DNA from: Fimicolochytrium jonesii
Taxonomy: Eukaryota
Length of the DNA: 63,607 nt
Direction: 5' to 3'
Assembly (NCBI RefSeq): GCF_025526975.1
Contig: NW_026515688.1
Location: 496,001-559,607 of the forward strand
Shown: piece by piece, positions 25,234 through 38,149 of the stretch
Numbering within the stretch: position 1 is the first letter of the stretch
Layout of the letters: every line of letters starts with the position of its first letter
The notes under the pieces: model-generated
Seen by the model: the letters and a program-made list of their open reading frames with translations, nothing else
Told to the model about the DNA's origin: nothing
Databases searched by the model: none
Program-made: the position numbers and the translations under genes

Positions 25234-27286
25234 CCAGGGAGAGACTTCTGCTCTATCTTCGTTGAGTCCCAGGCCCAGTGCGTCGCGTCGGTTACTCTTC
25301 CCGCCATCAGCATGTGTCTGCTTGTCTGCCAGCATGGGCAGCCCCCTTGCTCTTCATCACAAACAATCATCGTCTCCTATTCGCCAACGACATGGTCTCT
25401 GCCACCTCCACATGGAGAGATCCTTTCAAAGCGGCTTCCCGCCTGCCAATTGATTGCCGTTTCTGTGGCCGTACAGGAATATGCTTTGTAAACTCTATTG
25501 AAAAGGGGGACTGGAAATACAACTGACATTATGATTTGGCTGTATCAGTTGGCCTCAAGCATGTCATGCCAGTGCCTGTCTTGACTTTCGTCCTCTGTCT
25601 GCCTTCCAATCATTCCATGAAGGCGTGAACAGGCCCTTGTAACGATGCTGATTGAACATATGCCAGCGGTCTCGAAGCAAACCATCATCGTTGATGGAGG
25701 TGTGTAACAGGTTATGCCTGTTAGATATTGCAGTACAGTCCCAATGGCCTGAACCGCGATGCTGCAAACTGTCAGTCGCTGTCAAACTCCCGTCAGTTTG
25801 AACAGAGTTCCTTCTAGCCTCCCATACGTTTATAGTCCGCAGCTGATCGCTAGCGGGCACGAGGAGCATGGATCCCAATCATGCTTACGTTTGCCGTTAC
25901 GTCAGCCAACTCCGGTCTCTGAAGATTCGGCGGATGATATCTTTGGTGTTTACCAACCCGCAACTCCTCTTCACCTTCGCTCGATCCACAAACACCAATC
26001 CGCAACTGCTCTTCACCTTCGCTCGATCCACTCGATACAAGTCGCTCGCATATATTCTTGCCCGCAAATATGTCGTTCCCTCAAATTCAATACGATCCGG
26101 CAAGCGGTCATAGACATATACTTCTCAATCCGGGCGAAACGGTTCTCCTGGTGCCAACATCAGTTCTGGCTGCGGGCGGCGCTTGGACTATGCACAACGC
26201 GAATCCAGCGACTACTTATCCATTGACTCCAAGTCTCGTTAAACTCTGCCCGCGACTACCAAGCAAGCAGACGAGAGATGCTCGCCATTGCGAGATTGAC
26301 CCCGACGTCTTGACCTCGGCCTTGACACATGCCGAGGAGAATGGCTGCGGTGATAGCTGCCAACGGGGGAAGCACAAAGTATTTAGGAGACTGATGCCGT
26401 GGTCGACGCTGTCAATTCAATGGCAGCTCGCGATGGACACTGACTTAATCACGTGAGGTCGCAGACATATAGACACATACTGTACATAGATAGGTACTAC
26501 GTATACATACATATGTACATGGAGGATGCTTACACATATAGCACACAAGATAGCAGACGCAGAAACTTGTATGGTATGTACTGTATATGGATGATAGCCT
26601 GCCATATCCCAAGTCGTCGCTCTCGGCAAATAGCTGGATGTCTAGATTTACTGGCAGCCGGAAAACCACCGAAAGACGAAAAATGAGTCTCTCGACAGTC
26701 ACCACTCATCGTTCATCAGGCAGCAGCGCACAAATTTGGTCGTGCGTTGTAGGTGTGCCAAGAGTAGCCACGGCGTACAAACGCACGACTGTGTGATTGC
26801 GCGGAGTCAGGGCTGCGCATCCGCCGTGCTGATCCACGTAGCCAGCGCAGTTTGAATAGGTATACGAGGGAGCCCTGGCGGGGCATTCTTTATACCTTCA
26901 CGCACAATTCACTGCAAGCCCTTCATCAACCGTCATACTTGTGCGCGGGGTCGGGCCATCGACAAAAACACACAATCATCCTGTGAGATGTCGTCGGCTT
27001 CCGTTCTACCAGCGGGAAGTGACATGGATCATGCACAACCATGAACAGAGTATATATCGACCTGCATGCTTAAACCAACTTACAGTATGATATCGTTCGC
27101 CAGAGGTGGGAGATTCCTAGCCCGCCACCAGTCGTCCAAGTTGGAACGTCCAAGTCTTCAAGGCCCCGATAGTTGAAGTCCGAACCACCATCGCCGAGTG
27201 ATATTCAAAGCAGGAAGGAACAGTCGAACGCTTGTTTTTGCCATTTCTGCCGTCCATCCCAAGTGACACGGGAACGATTGACGAGA

Positions 27287-28725
27287 TGAGCGGCGTATTC
27301 CAGCGGGAGCAGGGAAGATGCGACGATGAGCACTTTGACGCGCTGCTCGACCAGTTGGAGCTGCGTTTTGGAATGGATCACAGGGTGTCACCCTCCATAC
27401 ATGGCCCTGATACAAGTCCTAGGCCGAGCACTGAAAGGAGCTTCGGCTCGTACAGTTCCGGAAGCTCGCATCATGGCTCAGACGTTGATTACCGTCGGTT
27501 GGACAACGATAGTTCTGGATCGTGGACAGATAGCAGTAGGAGCGATCGGGACCGGAGGTTTAGCCCGCATGGCAAGAGGGGGGACTCGATGGTCATGGCA
27601 CGACGGCCGCCATCCTCGGAAGTGGAAATCGCATCTCGCGGCAGATCGATTGCCCCCAGAGAGCATATCGTAGAGATCTCCTGGACAAGAAATTGTTTTG
27701 TACGGATGCTCTTCAGCGATGAGGCTAGCTTCAAAGCTTTCTTGGAATTTCTGAAGGTTAGTTGTCTTGAGGCGCAAAGGTCGTTGAACACAACATTGGC
27801 ATTAAACCGGATCACCTCCCAGTCCGATTCCATCACACTCAATGCTCTGCGATTCCATACGGCGTACACCGACTTGGTCGTCGCCCTTGCAAACTCCCTC
27901 CCCCGGAAATACCGGGAAGGTCTACCGCGCAACACAATCCCAACATATGGGATCGGAAGATTCATCTCCCCAGAGCTTCCGCCTACCGCCCCTCCACTAG
28001 CCGTACCGAGCTCTCTCATTGGACGTGTGCGAAAGATATGGGAAAAGTATCTCGGAGACCCCGACCTCCCGTCGTCGCTGTCCGTCTGGTTGCCATACGA
28101 TTGTCGCGTCAGCGTAGCCGTGGCAATCAACGCTAAAGATGCGGTTTGGTGCGGGGTACTAGATGAATCTGTCGCCCGCATTCTCGAGCGAGTATACACT
28201 GGGCAGTACAAGGCCTTTGTAAACTCTCGACACAGTTTCCAACCTCAATATCCTACACCTGAGACATCGCCACTGATGGCGGACGCCCGTCTGCCAACCT
28301 CTCCACCTCCTCCATCCGTGATTTCCTCGTCCCGGATGCTGTCCTCCCGTGCTTCCTTGTATTCGAACACATCAACGCCCCTTTCGCCCACAGACAGACG
28401 AGAACGGTTCGATTCCGTGGCAACTCCCCGTGCTTTCGCACCACAGGTCAGAGCACGGTCCTCTTCGTTGCGCCCACCGCCAAAATGGGCCGTATGCACT
28501 CAGAAGGGGTCCACATTGCCACACGGCAGTCCGGCGTCCCAGCAACGCTCCTCAAGCGCTGTCCCGGCCGGTAGAGTCAACAGGCACACCGCACCGCCTA
28601 TGCAGTCCCGACCGGAAACGCCGCGCGATTCGGCAATTTCCGTAGGTGCGCCGTACCAGAAGGGCAAAACCGGCGGACCCGTACAACCAGGCCATCCCCA
28701 TCATCGGTCGTTCCAAAGCAAATAA
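27287..28725 (+). CDS. Hypothetical S/P-rich protein with a central globular-looking segment
   Basis: Long open frame (27232..28725); no recognisable family motif; start uncertain. Confidence 0.5.
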
Positions 28726-29076
28726 AGGACTTGAAGCCCTGCGGGGTTTCCGACGTTCGGACTTTCCCACTCAAATCGCCCACGAGTCCTTACGTAGTCC
28801 GGGCCCCAACCTTTGTGATGATGCTATCGGAACACTCTACGTAGTCTCCGACCGCTCGTCACCGTTGCTTGCACTTCTTGTATACCTTTCAAAATACCCC
28901 CGGTTTTGTATGTTCCCTTTTTTCCGTAAGCTACCCAAGGTATTTAGCCTCCTCATCCCTTCTTGGGTCAAAGTGTAAATAGTGTTAATTTCCCTCGGTA
29001 ATGTTTGTATTAGCTGGATTCCAAAAATTCTATGAGCTTCATCTGACACTATGATACAACTATTTCAATACGATCT

Positions 29077-32000
29077 TTAATCCATTAGCAAGGTTTCAGG
29101 ATCTTCGTCCATCAGCGACGTGTAAACACGCTTCGAAAGCACGGGCCCAATATTCCTCATGTTGGAGTTTGCGTCTGTGCCCGAGTTATACTGCGTTTGC
29201 AAGAACGAGAGGGTGTGAGCCTCCCCCTCTCTGGACGGAAAAACAACCATCATTCTGGTCCCGTACCTGTAGTTTCGCCAGCAAGTTCCCTGCCGTTTTC
29301 GTATCTTGTCCCAAAGCCTCATATGCTGAGACAAGACTCTGCAAAGTTGGATACACATTCACGATAGCTTTCGCTCGGGGCAGAGTGCACATCTGTATCT
29401 GTTCCAGGATCCGCAGCCATGTTTCTGCTGCTGTATCGCCAGATTTGATCTTGTCACCGAAGCCGAGCTGCCAGGCTTCTTCGCTTCGGTGTCTAGGTAG
29501 CAGAGTAAATTGTGAGCTTGGTACATAAACCAGCTGGTGTGGCAAACCGACACATGATCCTTACTCGAGTTCCGTAATCATGGAGATCTGCTCCGTGAAA
29601 CTCCCAATCCATTCCATAGCTTCAGTGAAGTTTTTTCCACAATGTACCCGAACCGTAGATTCGTACAATTGCAATGCGACCAAGTGATCTTCCACGTCAC
29701 CGCCTGACGGAAGCGACTTTGCGCTCGCACGCTTTTTCCTTCCATTCGCTCTCACATTCGGGTCCTCGCCGTCAGAGTTTTCCCGGTCAGGGACAGAAGC
29801 TGCTTTTCGCGTCTGCTTTTTCGCATATTGCTCCATTCCTTCAACAAAGTAAATCACCTCTTTGTTGGGATATGCTTGCAGCAATGCTCGGTGGTAGGTG
29901 ATAAGCGGGGACTCTGTGGATCGCGCGGGATTTGCGGACGGCGCGACAATCTGAGCCAACGACGCTGCTTTCAGCCGGACCATCATGAATCGTTCTTCCT
30001 CGACGTGTTCGGGACAAGCGACCCAGATATCTTGCTCGTCGTCCCATTTCCGTGCAATCTTACGTTTCCAGCTCAGAATGGATTTTGCGAAATCAACTGA
30101 TCCCGCCACATCGCTCATAGAATTCGCAGCCCCGGCAGGCCTACAGTGATGGACGAGCGCGTCGGTTCCTGCCAGTCTTAACGCAGCGACCAAGGTCTCC
30201 ACTTCTGCTGCAGAGGCAAAGTCAGGCGACACCTCCACAATCATCTCCTTGACGCAATCCGTCTTGGTGCGGATCTTGTTGACAGAGCTATGCAACTTCT
30301 TATTCATTGTTTCCTGCTGCTTGGCTCTAGCCTTCTCCTCTTTCTCCCGTTGTTTCTGCAGCTTTGCAGCTTCCTTGGCACGGGCTTTCTCCTCCTTATC
30401 CTGCTTCGCCTTTTCTTTGCATGTTAAATCGAGTCCCGCGCCAACCGCCGAATCAACCTCCCTAGCTTTTTTTGTCGGTGCCTTTCGCTTCGGTAAGGGC
30501 CGAGGCTCCGCCATTGCACTGGTGGCTGCAGCGGCAGCATTGAGAACCGCTAAGGATGAGACGTGCTTCCGCAAGGGGACTCTCTCCCGAGCAGATGAAG
30601 ACGTAACGTCTTCTATCATTCGACTGACGGTTGGGACTTCAACATGCGATGCAGAGCTGGCCGTTGCCACAGAAGACCCTTGCTTTCTCAACGCAGGCGG
30701 CATCCTCGGAGGTGGGGAGGAGCTCATCTGCTGTGATGGCCTGAACACATCTGGCATGTCGACCAGATCGATAAAACTGGGCGATTCGAGCTCCACAGGC
30801 ATTGACATCGTCTTCCGCAACGCAGGAGTGCGTTGGACTGGTGGCTCAACATATCTGCTTGTGCTGGGTTTATACGGAGGGGCTACACGACCGGGTGGTG
30901 GTGGCGGTGGGGTAACGGAGCTATCCGCTGGAGAAACAGTTTTGGCCTTCTTCCGTACTTGGGGTGGCTTGTCATTGGCCGTAGGCAAATCCACTGGCAC
31001 TTCCGCGGATTTCCGCTTGTTGATAACGTGTGCAGATGGCATGGCATACCGATCGAGGCGTCCCACAACCGAAATTGGGGATTCCTCCACAAACGGGGAC
31101 GCGGCTGTTGGCGTGGCACTGGTCGCCGGTGGCATGCGAGCCTCGGATCGGAGTCCAACCGCCGGCGATATCTCAACATCCGAGTCCCTGAGGAAGCCAC
31201 CAGCAGCCCGCTCTGTCCCCCCTCTAGATCTCCGTTTCGGCACCTTGGTTCCACCATCCACCCAACGACGCTGGGCACCTTCGCACACACTGTCCAGCCA
31301 AAACAGGTCTTCCTGCAGATCCTTCTTCAGCGGGCTCATGGACAGATCGATCACGTTATCAATGGTGTTGTAAACGTCGCAGGTATAGTGTAAATCTGCG
31401 CCCATGTCGATGTCATCCTGGCTGAGATCAATGATTTCCTCGGTGTCATGAGTGTCCAAGGCCACAGTGTCCTGGCTCAAGTCCATCACATCGCTGTCGT
31501 CCGCCTCGTTCCGGACATCTTGTTTGCTGCCCTGCCCGATCAATAGCATGAGCGTCTCCCATCACATCATACACGCGCTTAGAATGCGGTTGAAGGTAGA
31601 TGTCACTTACAATCACATCACGAGAACGCCTCGCTTTGCGAATGCTATCCAACATCGGCCTAGTGCAGATGATGTAATCAATAAGCATCAATCCCACAAC
31701 TGAGTAGTTCTGATGCCACCTACAGATCACGAGTCCAAGTCCAATCGGTCTGCGGCAGCGGTGGGATATCCTCTTCGTCGTCCTCCGAAAGCTGCTCCTC
31801 TTCTCCCATTTGATATGAATCTCTTCTACCGCTTCCCGCAGCCCATTCTCGTCCAGCAAAGCTAGCCGCGCGGAGGAAAGTCGGCGTGGCGGCTCCTCCA
31901 GTTGGGAAACTGATCGACCGGGAGAAGGAGGCGGGCGTCCGGGCGGCGCGTTTCGAGGGGCGTTGTGGCGTGGGTAGTATAATCAGATTGTCACATACGT

Positions 32001-32290
32001 CGCCGCCTTCTAGGAACTGCAAAAGAGGGGAGTGGGGTAGGCTTTAGTCCCTGATGTGTTTTGCCGCTTAGTAGTAAGCTTAACACTATTGGTGAAAAGC
32101 TCTCCAGGCCGGAGCACCTGCCAACACCCCAACTGCTAGCTGAACTTACGTTTCCCTCCAACATGCGAAGTATCGTCTCGTCTTTGCTATTAGTCGTTTG
32201 CAGCACTTGCACCACACTTGCCCTCGGGTGGCCAGGGCAGATAGCCAAGACTTCATCGGCCCATTGCTCGAATACGGATGCCGCTGTCAT
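29077..32290 (-). CDS. EME1: Crossover-junction endonuclease subunit EME1/Mms4 (N-terminal CUE-like domain, ERCC4 domain, HhH tail), multi-exon
   Basis: CUE-like VLAICPGHPRASVVQVLQTTNS; VNKIRTKTDCVKEMIV; IYFVEGM; WLRILEQIQMCT..AKAIVNVYPT; NIGPVLSKRVY. Confidence 0.85.
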
Positions 32291-32986
32291 ATTCCGATAA
32301 GGTGACGTCCCCTGACTCTTCTGCGCGGGGTGTTCACGGGCTTGTTTGCGGGGAGATAATGGCCTTCTGGATGTGTGAGATTGGAGGACATCACCAGGAT
32401 ACGTAATGCGCTTTCAGAAAGGACAAAAAGCCCATAAGTCGAGCTCAACGCGCATCTCCAGAGTGCATCCTCAAAATATTACGACAGTTGTCTGCACAAA
32501 CAACCCAGGCGTCCTTTTTTGAAAAAGAAGAAAAACAAAAAGCAAGCAAGACGACGTTCGTATCAGTTTTGGCCCCTTCCTGTTTGCTTGCTCAGAAGGC
32601 AAAACACATCGTTCGCGGAGTCACTTGGATTCTTCTGTTAGCTCAATCAAGGGAAGATCAATCCAACTGAACCCTATCCGTATTGATGTGCAGTCCTGTT
32701 CCTTGACAGTTTAGCATGGCATGGCTCTTCACCGCGGTCTGAGATTGTTGAGCGGTGGGTAACGCAGGCATCCAACTATCATATATCAACCTACGCCTTC
32801 TCGCAAACATGGTTCTTTCATGACCTCCGACGCAGCCTCTGACCCGGGGAGTTCCCTGAACTTCCCTCTCGTCTCATTGCAAGGATCGACAAGGAACGCG
32901 TGGTGTGATGCCGTCAAATTTCGACTCGGCCGTCATCATGCCACATCCACCTTTTTCGCTTTTGCGGGCTCTGCGGGCATGACAAA

Positions 32987-34162
<1,176 letters not shown>

Positions 34163-34852
34163 ATCCCTAGAAGCTCGTCCTGTATAGTATAGAGACTGTG
34201 CATACATGAAACCTGTTACTATGTGTTCGAGCGTAAGCCTTGGGATAAAGGATCGTACAGCAGGCGTACTTTGCGTACTACGCTAATGGCCACGAGAAGG
34301 GAAACTTGTTTGCAAAAAGCCACGATAGTCCTATAACAGCACTCGCCGAGTTTCGTCGATGTCCTAAAGCGACGATGGGCAGTTTGTCATGGGTGACGTG
34401 CTGCGCCACCCAGATGCACCGCTTATGACCGGTCGATCGTTTTCCACCAAAACGACCAACATTCACCCATTCCCACACCCACTGACGTTGAAGATAATTG
34501 AGACAGCACTCTGGCAGCTCTCTGACAGAAGTGGTTGAGGAAGCTATATGCATGGCAAAAGGTGTATTTGAAAGGGATCACATCGAGCACTCCCTGCTTT
34601 GTTTGCGGGAGGCGTAAGTTTCTTGAGCGAAAGTGAGAAAGACAACCTGTAAGCAGACTATGAATGATCAATGAAACGAAGTGGGCCTAGTCAGGGGAGG
34701 CCACTGTGACCGATGAACGCAGACTTTAACGCTGTCTTTTTCTCCCTTTGATGTTTCATGGAACGGACAAAAAGTATAACGGTGGCTTGAGACGGAAGAG
34801 CCTCGTTGCGCCAACAGTATTCCTTCGGAAAAACGATTCCTGCACTTTCAAT

Positions 34853-37795
34853 ATGAACAACGAGCAGCCTGAAAACGGTCAGGAGCAGTATGATAGTGCC
34901 ACTCAGTATTCCAACCTCCTGGCCCTGCTCGGCGCCGCTTCCCAGGCAAGCCCTACGAAGGAAAAGTTTGGAGAGAAAGAGCCGACGAATGGCCATACGG
35001 GACTTAACGGGGTTGAAGAAGCTTCCGATGCCGCTGCGAGCAAAGGCCTAAACGGAGGTGATGCGCTCGGTGCTGATGCGTGGCAGAATTCAGCTGCGCT
35101 GTTGAATGCTTTGAGTGCAGCGGCCTCCAATATGGATGACAAATGGAAGGCCCAAACTCCCTTAGATTCTGCCATCTCTGATGTTGCTGCGAATGGATCA
35201 GGCTCTGAGGAAAATGGGGTAAAAGCCGACGATGCTTCGCTGTCACGGGAGGCAACGGAATCGTTCGTCTCGGGTGTTTATAAATCGGACGAAACGAACG
35301 ATGGACCCCATGAGGACAGCGAGCCCAAAGAAGATGGCGAGCTTGAAGACGGCGAAATCTCAGATGATGGAGAGCAACCTATGGTCGTGACGGATGCCGA
35401 GGTGGCGCCTGCCAAACCTCTCACAACGTCTATATTTGATGATTATGAATATGATGCTGCGGCGAACGGGCTGACTGTTCCTCTCGAGAATCTGGAGAGC
35501 ATTCCGAAGACCAAGAAGCGAAAGAAGAGCAAGGGCGAGGGCAAGGCTGCGAAATCTGCGAAGCGCCAGAAAGTCGCGAAAGAGCCTACTCTTGACAGCT
35601 CGGCCAGCGCGGCGGAAGAACAAGCGAGGCGATTACAACAGTTGTTCGGCATGCCTGTGCAGAATCCAAGTCTGTTCCTTGACGGCGGTACAAGCACCGC
35701 AACCGCCAGCGAGAACGAAGACGACGACTCGGGTGCTACCCCCGAGGAGATCGCACGGAAGCGCGAGGAAGCCAAACGTCAAAAGGACATGAAGAAAGCC
35801 AGCGCGAAACGGGAGGCAGCTTTCCGCGAAAAAGCCGCCAAGACGCCTTGCGAGTTCTGGCAACAGGGCCGCTGTAACCAAGGCGATAATTGCCCTTACT
35901 CGCACGACGGCGAAGGGAGCAGCTTTGCCGAGCGCCTACCGTGCCGGTTCTACAAGTCGGGCTCGTGCCAACGCGGCGATGAGTGTATTTACAGCCACGA
36001 TCTGAAATCAGAGCCGTGTGTCTTCTTCCACCTCAAGCAACACAAGGGAGGATGTCAGAAGGGCGATGAATGCCCCTTCTCGCATGAACCTATGACGGAC
36101 GAGCAGAAGGAGATTCTGAAACATGAGCAGGAGCGATTCGAGAAACACCTCAAAGAAGCAATCGCTCCTCCGAACGGAACGACGATGCCAGCAGACAAAA
36201 GCTCATCTGCAGAGTCATCTAGTGATGGCGACTCAAGTTCGGAGGAAGATGACTCCGACGACGACGATGAGGAGGAGGAAGACGAGGACGACGAAGGAAT
36301 GCGCGCAATGCAAGGTCCCGGTTTCCGCAACTTCGGTCCCAACGGCGCAATGGCTCGACCAGGCCCCGCCTACCAGTTCAACCAACAGCAGCGCAACCCC
36401 ATCAGCCGGCACTGCGTATTCTACCACCTCAAACAATCCAGCGGCGGCTGCTGGAAAGGCGCCTCGTGTAAGTTCTCGCATGCGCCCATTAGCCAGGAAG
36501 AACGGGACGAGCTGTGGAAGATGCAGTCGGACCATGAGAAGACTGTGCATGCGCAGAAGGAGGCGGAGGATCGGGCTGCGGGACGTGAGCCAAGGAAGCC
36601 GTACGGGAATCGCCAGACAGGGCCACCGGGTCAGCAAGGCCCGCAATTCAAGCAAGGTCCGCAAAATGGCAGGCAATATCAAGGCCCTGGAAATCAAGGT
36701 CAGGGGCCAAATGGTCCAGCGGTACCGGCGATTCCGAACGAGGCGGTGGGCCAAGATCTCAAACCGGCCGTCCCCAACCAGCAATTCGCTCCGGTCATAC
36801 CTCAACCATTGCCGATGGGCCAGTCGTCACCGTTCGGCGCCCCAGCTCAAATGCAACCACAGCCGCCCGCTCAACAACCACCGCTGAGCCAACAGCATCC
36901 CCCTCAGAACGTCCAACAGCAACCTCCGCAAGATTTTCAACAACTGCATCAACAACAGCAGGCGCCGTTTGTCCCACAGTTCAACCAAAACGGTCCAATG
37001 GGTGCTCAGCAGTCATCGCAGCCAATTCCCGCTATGATGAACCAGCAACAAGCTCCCTTCCCGATGCAACAACGACCGCAACTCGGTATGGACCCGAACT
37101 TTTTGCAAGCTGCGGCGGCCCTTCTCTCCGCGCTTGCCAACCCCATGGGCGCAATGCCCATGATGAACCCTATGCAAATGGCCGGTGGCATGCCGACGCA
37201 GCAGCCTATGGCAAGCGGCGCGGCGGGAGATTCGATGCAGCACAACCAGCCGCCCACATCTTCGTCGTCTTCGGCTGTCGGTACGCCTTCTGACCCTCGT
37301 TTGGGAATGGGCCAACAAAGTCAGCAGCAACAGCAACAAACGATGTCATCCCTCGGCGGCGGGATGGGCGGCCAACCCGACCTATCCGCCTTACTTCAAC
37401 TACCCGGCGCAGCCTCACTCCTCGGCGGCTTCCTCGGCGGCGGCGGCATGCCTGGATCCATCCCCGGTCTTCCCCCAGGCTTCCAAATGCCCAACATGAA
37501 CGCCGGCATGCCGTTCGGCGGGCTCCCGCAGCAGTCGCCAGAACAGGCGTTGATGATGATGCTGCAACAACAACAGCAGCAAGGACAGCAAGGACAGCAG
37601 CAGCTGCCGCAGCGGTTCGGACAAAATCAGAATAATCAGGCCCATCAGCAACGGAATTTCCCGGGGTCGCCCGGCGGACGAGGGGGACGGGGAGGACGAG
37701 GAGGTAGAGGTGGGAATGGCGGCGGGTTTGGCGGGAATAGGGGCAGAGGCGGACGGGGAGGTGCTGGTGGAGATCGGGGGGGTTCGGGGAGGTAG
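34853..37795 (+). CDS. CCCH zinc-finger RNA-binding protein (ZC3H4/6-like), Q-rich with RGG tail
   Basis: Four CCCH fingers (e.g. CRFYKSGSCQRGDECIYSH), acidic and Q/P-rich regions, terminal RGG repeats. Confidence 0.85.
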   Translation: MNNEQPENGQEQYDSATQYSNLLALLGAASQASPTKEKFGEKEPTNGHTGLNGVEEASDAAASKGLNGGDALGADAWQNSAALLNALSAAASNMDDKWKAQTPLDSAISDVAANGSGSEENGVKADDASLSREATESFVSGVYKSDETNDGPHEDSEPKEDGELEDGEISDDGEQPMVVTDAEVAPAKPLTTSIFDDYEYDAAANGLTVPLENLESIPKTKKRKKSKGEGKAAKSAKRQKVAKEPTLDSSASAAEEQARRLQQLFGMPVQNPSLFLDGGTSTATASENEDDDSGATPEEIARKREEAKRQKDMKKASAKREAAFREKAAKTPCEFWQQGRCNQGDNCPYSHDGEGSSFAERLPCRFYKSGSCQRGDECIYSHDLKSEPCVFFHLKQHKGGCQKGDECPFSHEPMTDEQKEILKHEQERFEKHLKEAIAPPNGTTMPADKSSSAESSSDGDSSSEEDDSDDDDEEEEDEDDEGMRAMQGPGFRNFGPNGAMARPGPAYQFNQQQRNPISRHCVFYHLKQSSGGCWKGASCKFSHAPISQEERDELWKMQSDHEKTVHAQKEAEDRAAGREPRKPYGNRQTGPPGQQGPQFKQGPQNGRQYQGPGNQGQGPNGPAVPAIPNEAVGQDLKPAVPNQQFAPVIPQPLPMGQSSPFGAPAQMQPQPPAQQPPLSQQHPPQNVQQQPPQDFQQLHQQQQAPFVPQFNQNGPMGAQQSSQPIPAMMNQQQAPFPMQQRPQLGMDPNFLQAAAALLSALANPMGAMPMMNPMQMAGGMPTQQPMASGAAGDSMQHNQPPTSSSSSAVGTPSDPRLGMGQQSQQQQQQTMSSLGGGMGGQPDLSALLQLPGAASLLGGFLGGGGMPGSIPGLPPGFQMPNMNAGMPFGGLPQQSPEQALMMMLQQQQQQGQQGQQQLPQRFGQNQNNQAHQQRNFPGSPGGRGGRGGRGGRGGNGGGFGGNRGRGGRGGAGGDRGGSGR

Positions 37796-38149
37796 GAGAG
37801 AACGCGTTGGCGAAGGTCGTGTTTGACCATCCCAGATTATGGTCATCTGATGCGATGTCTTTTGTGAGCGATTTCGGCATGCCGAGTCGGAATGTGCAAT
37901 ACGTAATGAAATTATGCAAGGTTTTTGAGATTACGATTTTAGAAAGTCTATTTCAGATACATGACGAAACCAATAAATGTCCACGAAAAGGAAAGTCTAG
38001 AAACAAAGGGGGGAACAGAAAATTACACAGATGGGGGAATAGAGGGCCAATCGGCTACGCCAAAAGGCCTCCGGCTACGCCGTCGCCATCAAATGAGCAC
38101 GCTGAATGTCCAGAGTAAGCGTCCCAGGCACCAAAATCTCATTAGTCCT

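Larger units (their letters stand above)
22931..26482. mobile_element. Non-autonomous Tc1/mariner-type DNA transposon (3552 bp)
   Basis: Perfect 34-bp TIRs CAGTATGTGTCTATATGTCTGCGACCTCACGTGA (22931-22964 and reverse complement 26449-26482). TA on both sides (22929-30, 26483-84). No transposase ORF recognised. Confidence 0.9.
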
